Shown here one piece after another: positions 28,237-40,250 of a stretch of DNA of 64,000 bases. A program made the position numbers and the translations under genes. Under the pieces are notes generated by a model. The model was given only the letters and a program-made list of their open reading frames with translations, was not told where the DNA came from and searched no databases. The stretch comes from Chrysomallon squamiferum (taxonomy: Eukaryota > Animalia > Mollusca). The DNA lies in the NCBI GenBank assembly GCA_012295275.1, contig CM022665.1, forward strand, positions 13,826,001 to 13,890,000, in the 5' to 3' direction. Position 1 is the stretch's first letter, and the number at the start of each line of letters is the position of its first letter.

Positions 28237-28693
28237 TGTGTCTGTGTGTGTGTTTAATTATATCTATCCTTATGCTGGAATCATTCTCAATTTTTGGTTT
28301 GTTTGTTTGTTTCCAGGTAACTTATCACGTGATGTCGGTGCTAATCTGCCGATGTTGAACCTGACAGAGAACTGGGCTCACATGTCTGCTGGAGGACACG
28401 GGATGTTACAGAGTCAGGCTGCAGCCACTCAGGGGCAGTATGGGATGTGGATGAGCAGCGCTGTTGGCAATCTGTCACCAAACCAAAACTGTGCAATGCC
28501 GTACCTCCGTTCTACAGCACCGTACTCCCTGCCTACGTGTACGCCATCGGTGACGTCAAACCCGTCGGTTCCCACGCCAAGCATTACGTCACAGCCCGGC
28601 TACGACCACCCATGTGACATCAGCTATTCGAGTACTGGAGTGAGAGAGACGGGCCGATCTAACTGGAGTCCATTAACGCCACCCCCTCTATGA
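4615..28693 (+). CDS. Bra: Brachyury (T-box transcription factor), whole gene; join(4615..4850,11023..11287,18493..18633,20386..20447,24030..24088,25878..26048,28317..28693), 1311 nt / 436 aa
   Basis: T-box motifs [95 protein letters not shown]. Brachyury-specific N-terminal [10 protein letters not shown] and C-terminal WSPLTPP. All junctions are GT-AG with matching phases (2,0,0,2,1,1). Confidence 0.97.
6490..6672. repeat. Hexanucleotide microsatellite (ATATAA/ATATGA)n
   Basis: Directly visible tandem hexamers. Confidence 0.9.
7411..7540 (+). repeat. (GA)n microsatellite plus 58-bp unit, copy B
   Basis: 7472-7529 matches 1032-1089 at 57 of 58 positions and is flanked by GA repeats on both sides. 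Confidence 0.9.
10200..10892 (+). repeat. Dispersed ~700-bp duplicated segment, copy A (3' end of Brachyury intron 1)
   Basis: Near-identical reverse complement of 49178-49885; both copies run into CTA/CTG/TTA trinucleotide tracts. Confidence 0.95.
11023..11287 (+). CDS. Bra: Brachyury coding exon 2
   Basis: TACAG| acceptor; RMFPVFRIG...[11 protein letters not shown]; donor CAG|GTACAT. Confidence 0.97.
18493..18633 (+). CDS. Bra: Brachyury coding exon 3
   Basis: TTTCAG| acceptor; [14 protein letters not shown]...AVTAYQNEE; donor GAG|GTACGT. Confidence 0.97.
20386..20447 (+). CDS. Bra: Brachyury coding exon 4 (62 nt, end of T-box)
   Basis: TTTCAG| acceptor; [20 protein letters not shown](R); donor AG|GTAAGT. 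Not present in the ORF track. Confidence 0.96.
22085..23440. repeat. Degenerate minisatellite (~70-95 bp units) in Brachyury intron 4
   Basis: TATCTCATTTCTGTTATATCATTTATTGATACTTTGAAAAT recurs exactly at 22119 and 22192 (period 73); decayed ATAGATCC / AAATAACG / TTTATTGAT blocks recur to ~23430. Confidence 0.75.
24030..24088 (+). CDS. Bra: Brachyury coding exon 5 (alternative in-frame start at 24021)
   Basis: (R)[19 protein letters not shown]; donor T|GTAAGT at 24089; phase 2 to phase 1 bridges exons 4 and 6. Confidence 0.82.
25878..26048 (+). CDS. Bra: Brachyury coding exon 6
   Basis: TTCCAG| acceptor; TSTWYLPPG...[26 protein letters not shown] (Brachyury-type RxSPY motif); donor A|GTAAGT. 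Confidence 0.9.
26285..26620. repeat. Degenerate (AGT/AGC/AAT)n low-complexity tract in Brachyury intron 6
   Basis: Directly visible trinucleotide-derived tract. Confidence 0.8.
28317..28693 (+). CDS. Bra: Brachyury terminal coding exon 7
   Basis: TTCCAG| acceptor; NLSRDVG...[14 protein letters not shown] at 28691-28693. Confidence 0.92.
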
Positions 28694-30718
28694 CAATCAA
28701 CCTTCATTTAACCTTCTTTCTTCCAGCAAAAAAAAAAAAAAAAAATAAAAATAATAATAATAAATAAATACAGAAAAATTTAAAGAAAAATGAAAATATG
28801 GTGAACAAAAAAAAAGAAAGAAAGAAAGAAAGAAAGAAAAAAAAAATAGACAGAAATAATTGTGATAATATAAGTATAAACTTAGGTCACGGTTAGATGA
28901 GCAACAAAGAAGTTTGATGTTAATAACAACACGTGACGGCAGCGGAACAATTAACGTCAACGGCTAACAGACGTTTTGCTTCCACAAATCTTTGAACAAC
29001 AACAATCTTTGCACGCCGCTCATTATCTTCGTCTGCGATGTGCTATTGAAATATATAAGGATGTGATACGGCCGTGAAGCTTTTAACATTCGATCGGTCT
29101 GTTCATCTACAGATATCGGGAGTAATAGAGACAGTGGCTCCACAAGTGACAGCTAGTCGTTCACACAAAGTCTGTTAGATGACGTTTCGTATCGCGGGAT
29201 ATCTGTCTCCATCATGTCATTCGTCAGGCTTGCTTGTCAAAGCGAGACGCAGCAGATTTTTTTTTTTTTTTTCTCATTGTCAGACGACAGTGCGAGATAA
29301 ACCAATGAAAACTAACGTTTAAAAAAAAAAAAAAAGAAAAGAAAAGAAGAAAAAAGAGAAGAAAAGACGATAGTGTACAGTGTACAAGAGGTAGCTAGTT
29401 ATAAAAATGAGCGAGACGACAGTAGAAGGGTAAATACAGTTAAAACTAAATACGTTTTCTTTTTTCTTTCTTTCTTTTTTCATTATTTATTTATTTTTAA
29501 ATATCGTGAAAATCTGGGGTATTGGTGAATAGTATAGAAGTAGAAAAAGTTAAGTGACGTTTGAAGACAAACAAATAAAATCAAGGAAATTTTAATTATG
29601 TGGAAAGAAAAACGATCAGATGGTACTTGGTGATATTCTAGTTGTGTGAACATATGAAATAAAAGAGGAAAATAATTTAAAAAAAAAAAAAAAGATGGTT
29701 TAAAGGATGCTTCAAGAAACGATATAATATAGTGAGAGATCTTGAAAAGTGTATAAAATAAAAGGGGACTTTTGACAAGCAGGAAAAGCATTAGACGAAA
29801 AAATAACAAAACATTCATATATATATATAATTTTTCTTTAAATATGTAAATATAAAATACCAGAAAGAAATGAAGATTAAATGAAATTTTAAAATATAAC
29901 TGTCAAATCGTGGAGAGTGTAAATAAAAGGATAGAACATTGTAACGAAGAAGATTCAGACGATATTTCAGTCTTAACCAGAATTAAAAAAAAAAAAACAA
30001 ATAATAATAACAATAAAATATAGAAAGTTAAAAGAAATAAAAATTTAAAACTATTAAAGGAATGCCCATGTAAAAGCGACACGCCGGGCGTGGGTATCTA
30101 AGAGTTAGACACCTCACTGAAGTTGAGTTAGGAATTCGTTACATTCTTTTATCGAAAAAGATGTGCAATAGACAAATTCATTGGAGTGATGATCAAACTT
30201 AAATATGGCGGTTCGGTCACGCCGATCATTTGAACAGGTGGCGTGTGTAAACAGATCGTTAGCGTGTATTGATATTATGAAGCGCCCAGTGGCTGGTGAA
30301 TCCACACGGCAAACAAACTGTTAACTCGCTTTCGCGCGGTTTGCAAACCGGGCGAACGGAAAAGCAATTAAGATAGATCACGCACGGTGCAGGGAATTTG
30401 GTGAGGTATCCTGTACAGTTGTAGTCCAGGCCGCGAGTTTGTGACGCTCTCACGAGAGCTAATTTATTGACCAACACCCAACTTAGGCTACTTGACACCC
30501 GAGTAGCAACCAGTTCAAACACTGAGAAAAAAAGCTTAACTGAGGGTAGTTAAGGACACTTGGTACATATGTTTGAATATGCACATTATTTTACAATTAT
30601 ACATTTTATTTGTAGATTTAGATTTGTATGCTTCCCTTTCGATTTTCTTAAAAATAATTTTATCTTTGTACATTGTTTCCATTTTGTTCAAAATCCATTT
30701 TTTTTTTTTATATTATTA

Positions 30719-30759
<41 letters not shown>

Positions 30760-30965
30760 AAATAATACTTTGTTAGGTCTAGTCGATAATCTAAACGTTA
30801 CATAAACTAAAAAATAATTTACAACGGAATTAATTTATTGCAAACCAACACATCTTACATATTCACTCTACTTAATATATCACCAGTTTGCATCGCATAC
30901 TATATGTGCCTTATGACAATCATAACTACATAACTATTGTTAATTTAAGAGTTTGTATGTATGTA

Positions 30966-31075
30966 AATAAAAGTACGTGTTTCTATGTAAGTGTATATTA
31001 TATATATGTTGTAAATAATATTTCCATGAAATAAATACAGTTTACAGTTAGAATTTGCTTGTTATGTTGTTTTAT
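30966..31075 (+). terminator. Candidate Brachyury polyadenylation region (would imply ~2.3 kb 3'UTR)
   Basis: AATAAA at 30966 and 31030 followed by a GU/U-rich tract (TTGCTTGTTATGTTGTTTT). Earlier AATAAA hexamers also exist, so the true 3' end is uncertain. Confidence 0.3.
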
Positions 31076-32470
31076 GATTATTTTTAATGCGAACATTTAT
31101 ATGAAACTGATTTTAACAATTAAAACCGCAACCTGTCATCCATCCATGATCCAATAATTTACCAATCCATTCACACACCAATTGTCTCTTTATCTATCTA
31201 TCTATCTATCTGTCTGTCTGTCAATCGTTATCTATCTGTATGTATTTCTATTTCTATATTTATTTATCTATCTTTCTATCTCTTGTCTAACTGCTTATTT
31301 ATTTATTTCTGTATATCAGTATGCCCATGTCTCGCTAACCGTCTGTTCGTCTCTTTGTCTGGGTACTTCTTCATATTGAAAAAAAAAAAAAAAACCTACT
31401 TCCAAGCATTGCTGAATAGGTTCTTTATCATAGGTGTCAAAACAGTAACTGCACGAAAAGAACTGAGAATGCGGATATATCAAGTATCTTACAACCATCT
31501 AAATCTTGCTTAGCGTCTGACTCCTAAAGCTTTAAAAGCATTTTGAGAAACGGTGAAATTTATAGTTGTCTTGATCCGCACAATAATCCTCCAAAGACTG
31601 GTATTAAATACTGACGACAAGAAATATTAACCCATCACAAAGATTAAATACATCGCTTATATACCAAATATAAAGACACAGACATGTATATGTATGTGCG
31701 TGTATGGATGTATGGATGTATGTGTGTATGTATGTATGCATGTATGTGTGTATGTATGTATGTATATATGCATGTATGTGTGAATGTATGCGTGTAGGTA
31801 TGTGTGTGAATATGTTCGTATGTATTTGTGTGTGGATGTGGATGTGTGTACCTTTTCTCCTAAAATTAAAACAAAACTCTAATTAATAATAAAGTCAAAC
31901 AATAGTTAATATCGACGACGTAGATTTAGTAGTACATAAATAAATTCTAATAAAATAATAATAATAATAATAAAATGTTTCCCGATTTGTCTTGAAGTCA
32001 AACAAATCAGTGACAGTTTTCATTTTGTTGTTGTCTTAGATCAAATTTGGCCAGGTTCGCAGTCAGTGTTGTGTTGACTCCCGTCCCAGGCTCATTGAAC
32101 TTCTGTTTACTTGTCCACCGGGGTGGAAATACCCCAGCTTGCCTTACATGTATCGCTGAATGTGACGGGAAAGGGTGTAGCGAATTTTCCAAGACGAAGT
32201 TTCTATAATTACGACCCTCTGTCAAGTGTTTGGAATTTACACGAGTGCGGAGGTTAAGCGAGGTCCCGAAAGCGGCTTGCCGTTCTTAGATTGTTAGACT
32301 GGTGCCCATAAAAAAAAAATCACATAAAGACCCTGTACTTCAAAGATAAGTGAACATGCAGAGGATGACACACCGGCTTCTTTAGTTTATTTTATATTTT
32401 ATTTTATTTTATTAACAGACAGCTAATATGTCTGGGTGGTCTAGATGAAAGGTGTAGGTATTATTAAACT

Positions 32471-32523
<53 letters not shown>

Positions 32524-34828
32524 CAACAACAATGACAATAATTTAAAACAAACTAAAAAACAAACACAACAATAACACATATTTATTTCGTTGGACTAAT
32601 AACGATCACATTATACCTATAAAATTATTTATGGAAAAACAAGTTTGAATTGTATTTAGAAAAAATTACTGTTCTCTAACAATCATTATTAACAAAATTC
32701 CCTATTGTTAAAAAAATAACAACCAGCAACAATTAATCAGATAGCTTACAGTGTTCTGAGTGATTTCTTTTTTTTTTTTTTTTTTTTTTTTTGCCTCTCT
32801 CAACTTTACATAATCTGTAGTAGTTAAGTCTGGTTAATATTATATATATATATTTATTTATTTATGAATTATTATTATTATTTTAAAATTTACCTTAATG
32901 AATTACCGAAACACAGTTACGCGTTTCTTTTCGTCAGCGAACGACGACGTCAAACTGTTGTTATCTATTACGTCATTTCATTTGTTTTAACAAACCTGAG
33001 AGAAGGTAAGCAAAAACAAAACACGTTTCAAATAGGCAGTTTTTATCAGGTAAACAACATTGTTATCATCATTATCATACCGACGCTATCACTGTCGTCC
33101 TCGTTGTTATTATTCTTAATAGTTTTACGTTTATACGTCTAGGACTGTTATTAAGTGGGTACATTTATAAAAATACGTATACAAATGAAACTGATTAAAT
33201 CTTCATATAGTTCTATAATTGAAACCAATACGAATGGTCAAAAGATTTTCAAAGAACCTCATCCGTGACTTTTTCTAGTTCAACAAAATAAATAAACAAA
33301 AAAGTTATTACATGGACTTGTCATCAACACAGTGTTAATAACATATTACATCACAAAAATAATTATAAATTAGGAAACGCTTTTACACGTTCAGTTCTTT
33401 GTCCTAAATCTCTTGTGTCCAAAATTGCCTGCTTGGCCATGTAAGAATTTTTCCGTTCGCACGAAATCACAGTTCCCCGTGACTAAATTACTGTTTTGTT
33501 CTACGGAGAAACAGCGTGATTTGACGGACAAAGAAAAACTTTTCGCCTCCATTTAGACTAGCAGTAAAGACGTTGTCTAATTTTCACAGGTTCTTGTAAC
33601 TTGTTGATCTTGTCGCCTCTCGGGCAGCCTGGGACGTAACAGGCCCGTTTTCTAAATTCTTTATCTACATCTGACTGGCGGCCGGTTTTGATCTTTTCAC
33701 TTACGCTTACAGTAACAGAACAGGATTTTATTTACCTTTGAGTCGTTGCGCTACGATGTTAGAGAAGTATGCGTAATGAAGTGAATAAATTAAACACAGA
33801 AATACATGCGTCTACTGATCCGCATCGTGATTATTGTGGATGTTTGTGTTTTAGTATTTATAATGTTCTCCATACGTATTGCATGAATATTTACCCTTCT
33901 CACTTGTGTGTAATTGCCTATACATCTATCTAGCGATCTGTGCGAATACCAACCACGTCACTGATCCACTATGCGGCCTATCTGCATACATTATACATTT
34001 ATCTACCAAACGAAGTGGAAAAATGTAATGAACCATGTATTCACCACTGTATTTTCTAATCTTCTATAACACTGTTTAAAAAACAAACCGGTCCGTTTCA
34101 CCAAGATAGGAATAGTTCAAGCTTTAGTGGGTAATAATATACTGGTTCATGATGTTTAACATTTTTAATCCTTGATCAGTAATACGCATTGATGAGCTTG
34201 ATGGTTAGGTTAACTGGTGGACGGAGTACGTGGAAGGACTAGAAAGAGACATCAAACAGAGACAAAGTCAGTATAAACAGAAAAACAAGAAATCATTTTT
34301 ACCGTTACAGAAAAAGTTGCGCGTTTGAAATTGTTTCTCTGTTCAGAACGGTCAGGTGCGTGCGGCCATACCACGACATCTCACTCTAGCTCTTTGTACA
34401 GGTGAGTGCAGGTGTGTTTGATTAGGCAGGTAAGATTAGCAGATTACTAACCCAGCCTCAGCAACAATCGTGTGGGTGAAACTGCGAGTAAGTAACGCGA
34501 GAACGGAACTATTTTCAGCCCTCAACTTCTGGTCATTGAGTGCAAGTGGGTCTCTTCAAAAACAGATATAAAAACATCTATAACGAGAATAGATGAATTT
34601 AAAAGAATACTTGTTTAGAAATGGTACGCAGGGAGTGTTTTGTCACGTGTTTTCACAACAAAAGAGTAACAATACTCGCTCTTCACTAACAATAGACGCC
34701 TTTCACTGATGAAGATTTTTGTTTGATTTCTTTCTTTCTTTCTTTCTCTCTTTTTTTTTCCAGACGTTTTAACAAATGCGAGGTTTACATACTTAAACTG
34801 TGTAAGTACACGACATACAGTGAGGACA

Positions 34829-34905
34829 CTGTGGGTAAAATGCATATAAAAGATCCTTGCTGTTTACTTAAACGAGTATCTCGTAGGGAAACGGCAGGGG
34901 GTTTC
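34829..34905 (+). mobile_element. Degenerate SINE core fragment (Meta-domain-like)
   Basis: CTGTGGGTAAAATGCATATAAAAGATCCTTGCTG resembles, from memory, the core of molluscan Meta-type SINEs; not verified by search. Confidence 0.45.
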
Positions 34906-35059
34906 AACTTCGTATCATCAAATGTAATGATGATATTAGATAGGAAACATACTGTCACCACTCGAAGGGATATTGTCATCAGTTAGCAACACGGATCTTT
35001 TAAATAACTTTCTATGAACATTAAAACACACCATCCTCAACGAACCAGCTGTGGGATGC

Positions 35060-35128
35060 TGGGTGGAATGGAGGATTGAACCTACGACTCATCAAACTTT
35101 AGGCTAAAGCTGTAACAGCGTAACTACA
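35060..35128 (-). mobile_element. tRNA-derived SINE head remnant
   Basis: Minus strand reads ...GTCGTAGGTTCAATCC (B-box-like) with a decayed upstream A-box region; no intact cloverleaf. Confidence 0.35.
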
Positions 35129-35143
35129 GATATGTCCTAAAAA

Positions 35144-35182
<39 letters not shown>

Positions 35183-37467
35183 GTATACACGTACACGAAC
35201 AGACACCCACCCACATACATTCACACACTTAAGCATACACACATTCATACGTATTCATACCCATATGCACACGCATGCACGCACGATTCTGTTATACTTT
35301 TTGTTGTTCAAATAAATGTACGCATTTCACACTGTCACTGAGTTGTCGGAGACTCGGGTAGGTGGACAGTCGTTTGAGAAAGCTGATACTGTGACGTTAA
35401 CGAGTCTTGTCCACCAGCCAGGAACAAGAGGCTGGCTCGGTTTTTATCACCTTGTTATTTTACTAATGACAGGTTTGTGTGACTCAGTCTGAAAAGGGTT
35501 TGATGGATATTGTTTTCGTATGACAAAATAATATAGAGGAGTGTTTCGTCTTCTTTTTTTCTTTTTTGTGGGGGTGGGGTCGAGCCTCTTTTTTGTTTTT
35601 CTTTTTTTTTGTTTGCTTGTTGTTTTTTTTGGGGAGATTGCTTTTTTTTTTTTTTTTTTTTTTTTTTGATTTTTGGGGGGAGGTTGGGCATTTTTTTTTT
35701 ATTTTTTTGGGGGGTGTTGGCATGTGTATTTGTATTTATGTATATGGTGTGTATGTATGTATGTATATTTTTCTTATAACTGTTTTCGAGAGGGTTGGCA
35801 TTTCTCCGGTCTGTGAGTGGGCTATAACGAAGTAAATACTACACAGGCCTGAGGCGTCGCTGGTTTGTTCTTTCTTGTTACTCCCATCTGCGTCTTCAAA
35901 GACTGTGATATGTACTTTCCCGTCTATGAAAATGTACATCGCTTCTAATAAGAGTGTCCATTGAAACGATGACATCGGATTTCCCATTTCATGTCATCGT
36001 TATACAAAAAGCCTGACAGTTAATAATAATAATAGCAAAAATGTTTTGAGGTGTCGTTAAACAAATATTCGTTTACTCATTCAGCAGTCATTTAATACAG
36101 GACAATCTTTTTCTTATTTTATTGTATTTTTTCTATACTATTATTATTTTTCTTCCAGTTGTTGACAGTTTTCTGTTCATTTTCTTGACAGCCAAACACT
36201 ATTTCTTTATCCCAGTACTAACGAAGATGCATTGGTTTCTGGAGAAGAGAAAAAACGAATGCAAAATATGTGTCATATTTTTAATCACCTGGTATTAGGT
36301 GTTTGATGCATGACAAGTGAGCCACCTGGATTTCAGAGAAGAAACCCCCAGTAGTCATGTTGCCTATTCTGCAATTTTCGTTTTGTATGGCATGAGTAAT
36401 AAAAGGCAGATGATCAAGTGATAACATTTGTGACATGCAATAAGAGAAATAGCCCACTGAGTTTAATATCAGTCTTAGTCATTTCACGTGCATTGTCCTG
36501 TCATTCCGTGTCCGTGTCGTAACACAAGAATGATTGAGCGATAAATAAGTAAAGTATATATAAATAAAGTTGTTAATGAAATAAAATAAAATAAGTTAAT
36601 AAAGAGTTAAATAGATAAATAGAAAAAGTTAATAATTAAGTAAATAAATAAAGTACTAATAATGATAATGATAATAATAATATTAATAATAATAATAAGA
36701 AGAAGAAGAAGAAGAAGGTTAATGATGATGAAGAAAACAAATGAATATCACAATACAACGACGTCAACAATGATGATCAAGTAAATAAACAAATAAAGCT
36801 CAACCAACAACGATCAAAAGGTGGTCACGCCCCCATTGTCCCATAAATTAAAAACAGGAATCCCAGCCACCCGGGTCTGGACAAACGACATAACCCTGAA
36901 CATCCAACCAAAACATACTGCACACTTCGCGAATAAGTGCCAAGAGCGGCCTAAGGACATACAGATCGACATGGTCTGGTTTGTTTTTCTCTACCATCGG
37001 CCTCTCATCCCAGTGCGAACCCAGCCCTCTATCTGACCCTGTATACCACTGGACAAATACGGAATTAACAAACAGGCGGCTCTAACGCTTAGTTAATTTA
37101 CACTCGCTAAATTAGTAGTGATATCATGTGCTGGTGGGCTGTCAGCGTTAACAGAACTATTTATGGCCGAACGCAGCCACTTAATAACTGTCAATCATTG
37201 GTGGTAACTTGATTCGACAAGACGTCAAGTGAATATAGTCAACAACTGTATCACGCCGACAGCGAGGTGTTCGGTGATACCTCCACGTCGCCGACGTTAC
37301 GTTAATTAACTTTATAACTGCATTATATTTTCTAAAGAGCTGAAGAAAAAAGTTTAAAAAAAAAATAAGTAGAGTTTATGATGGCTGGAAGATAAATGAG
37401 ATTGAATTGATGAAGTATTAAACTGAGACTTGAAAGATATCAGATGATTTAAATGTAATTAGACTGG

Positions 37468-37535
<68 letters not shown>

Positions 37536-40029
37536 GTCGATCTGTCTCTTTATCCTTTTCTCTCCCTCTATCATTCTGTATTTCTCTATCTCATGCTCTC
37601 GTCTATATATCTGTTTCTTTTCTCTGTTCTTCCAGTCTTATTTTTTTTTTTTTCCTCACCCTCTTTATCTGTCAGTGTTTCTTTACTATTTCTTTTTAAA
37701 AATAAAATATCCACAAAACTGCATTATATGCTTAAATATGGTGATACACTTCATTTAATTTAAAATAACTTTACTTCATAATATGAATAATAATAATAAT
37801 ATTTCGCTTAATTTAATAATAATTTATCACTTGTACGATTCTGTGGTGTGTGTCTGGGTGTGTTAACAGACGGATGACAGTATGTCACATTAATGAGGAT
37901 AAAATAAAAAGTATTTTCTGTATGTTTGCGTACAGACATACATACTTACACACACAAGAAAGTTAATAATTAACTAATTAAGTAAATGCGTAAATAAAAC
38001 TATTTATTAAGCCAATGGATATTTAGAAACTCCATATTAAAACGTAGTTTTATTATTTAGAACATCTACGTTTTTCGTGGAGGTCATAGGACACATTAAA
38101 TAAACTTCCTTGAATAATACGACTATTTAAAGAATTGCCGGAGGCTATACTATCCTATATAATACAATACTTAAATGAAATTAACTGTTTCTTTTCTCAT
38201 CTAACCGCTCTCGAGAATAGTAGATTCACTCGTATTCATTTCGTTGTTTCTATACATCAAAACAAAACAGTTCATTTGTTATTTTTTTCAATGAAAACTG
38301 GTTTCAAAATGGTCTTTTAACATCTATTGGCAATAGTGATGACCAATTAAAGCAAATTCAGAAACGTATATTTATTATGATTAATAATAAAATTAATAAT
38401 ATAAAGACATTTTAAAAATGAATATCATATTAATTTTCATAAAAATGCTTGTATGATAGTTTATAGAATTTTATGTAAACAAGACTACATACCTACATAT
38501 TTATTGCTTTTCAGTCTAAAATCATAAAATCCATGATATTTTGAGATTTCATGGAAATTTATTAATAATTTTTAAATTTAATTTAGTTTTATTTTTTAAC
38601 TGTTTTTTTTTTTTTTTTTTTTTTTTTTTTTGTGGGTTGTGTTTTTGTTGTTCTTGATATAATTTGCAGATTATTTATAAATACACAACAGTCACATTAT
38701 ACCTGCCTGGGTACAATAAATTCGAATTAAATATTTTTATGGTATCTTAAAACATTAAGTCTAGTTATTTATTCATCATCATCATCATCATCATCATTAT
38801 TATTACAACAAGGAATGCAATTTAAAATTAATGTTAAAATAACGCAAAATATTATTATTATTATTTTATGAAGTAAAATTATTTTAAATCAAATGAAAAA
38901 TATCACCATATTTAAGCATATAATGTTCTGTAGTAAGAAAAGTTGTTTCGAAATCACATTACTGCATTTTTTTAAATCCTTTTTATTTAATTATAATATT
39001 ATAGCATATTGTGTATCTACTGTAAAGGTTTTCGTTCTCTCTCATAGTGCTATAAGAAATACAGTTTTATTTTGTTTATTAAGATATTTTGACTTTACTT
39101 TATATGAAACTACACAGTCGTACACACACACACACACAAACACACACAGAGAGACGTACATTTATTTATTTTTGTACTTTATTGTTTTTATTTGTTTATT
39201 TTATACTTACATACTTACTTTATTTGTTTTTTTTTTATTGATTTATTTGTAATTATTTTTTAAATTTTTTTCACTTATTTATTTATTTGTTTATTTCATT
39301 GTTTTCTGTTTTTCTCATTATTGATCTGTTTTCCGCAGTATGTATGTATGTACGTATGTATGTATGTATGTATGTATGTATGTATTTAAACGTGATTTTA
39401 CAGTAATGCGATTTGAAAATAAAAATTATTTATAAATAAATAAATAAACAAAAAATGTAATAATGAAATAAAAATAAAGATAAAATTAACTAAAACATCT
39501 TTTAAAAATTATTATATATAAATAAACAAACAAATAAATAATAAGTAAATGAAGTACACAAAAATAACAAAAGAAATAAATAAACAAAATAAAAATAATC
39601 AATAAATAAAATAAAAATAAAATAAAATAAAATAAAATACACACATATACAAACAAAAGGAATATCAGTTTATAAATAAAACAAAATAAATATGTAAATA
39701 ACTAATTTTTGATAGTACCATTTAAAACACAAATAAATAAATGCATGACGTCGTGACAGCTTTGTTTGTTTTTTGTGAATGTTTGTACACACTATTAGCT
39801 GACTTGTAACGTCACGGCTGTGGGAAGTCGTTACCGACGTCCGCCATAAATCAGCTAATCGGCTTAATTTGGTAACTGTGTGTCAGGTGTGAAATACGGA
39901 TAAGCAGGCGTTAAGCGAATTCACACACTCTTAACGAATAAATGTTACATATCACATACAACACCAGCATCACGAATACACACCTTGTACACCCACATAC
40001 ACACTTACACATATCTGTAAAACAATAAC

Positions 40030-40035
40030 AATAAA

Positions 40036-40072
<37 letters not shown>

Positions 40073-40250
40073 ATAAATAAATAAATAAATAAATAAACAA
40101 ATAAACAAATAAATAAATAAACAAATAAACAAGTAAACAAACAAAAATAAATAAGTAAACAAACAAACAAACAAACAAATAAATAAATAAATAAACAAAC
40201 AAATAAATAAACAAATAAACAAGTAAATAAATAAATAAATAAATAACAAG
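40030..40250. repeat. Poly-A plus (AAAT/AAAC)n compound microsatellite
   Basis: Directly visible; source of the spurious FIYL-rich ORFs. Confidence 0.9.

Noticed and set aside
28311-28322. CAG|GTAAC at the exon-7 acceptor resembling a recursive splice site
   Set aside because: The GT completes a Ser codon of the conserved terminal exon, and no downstream alternative exon was found.
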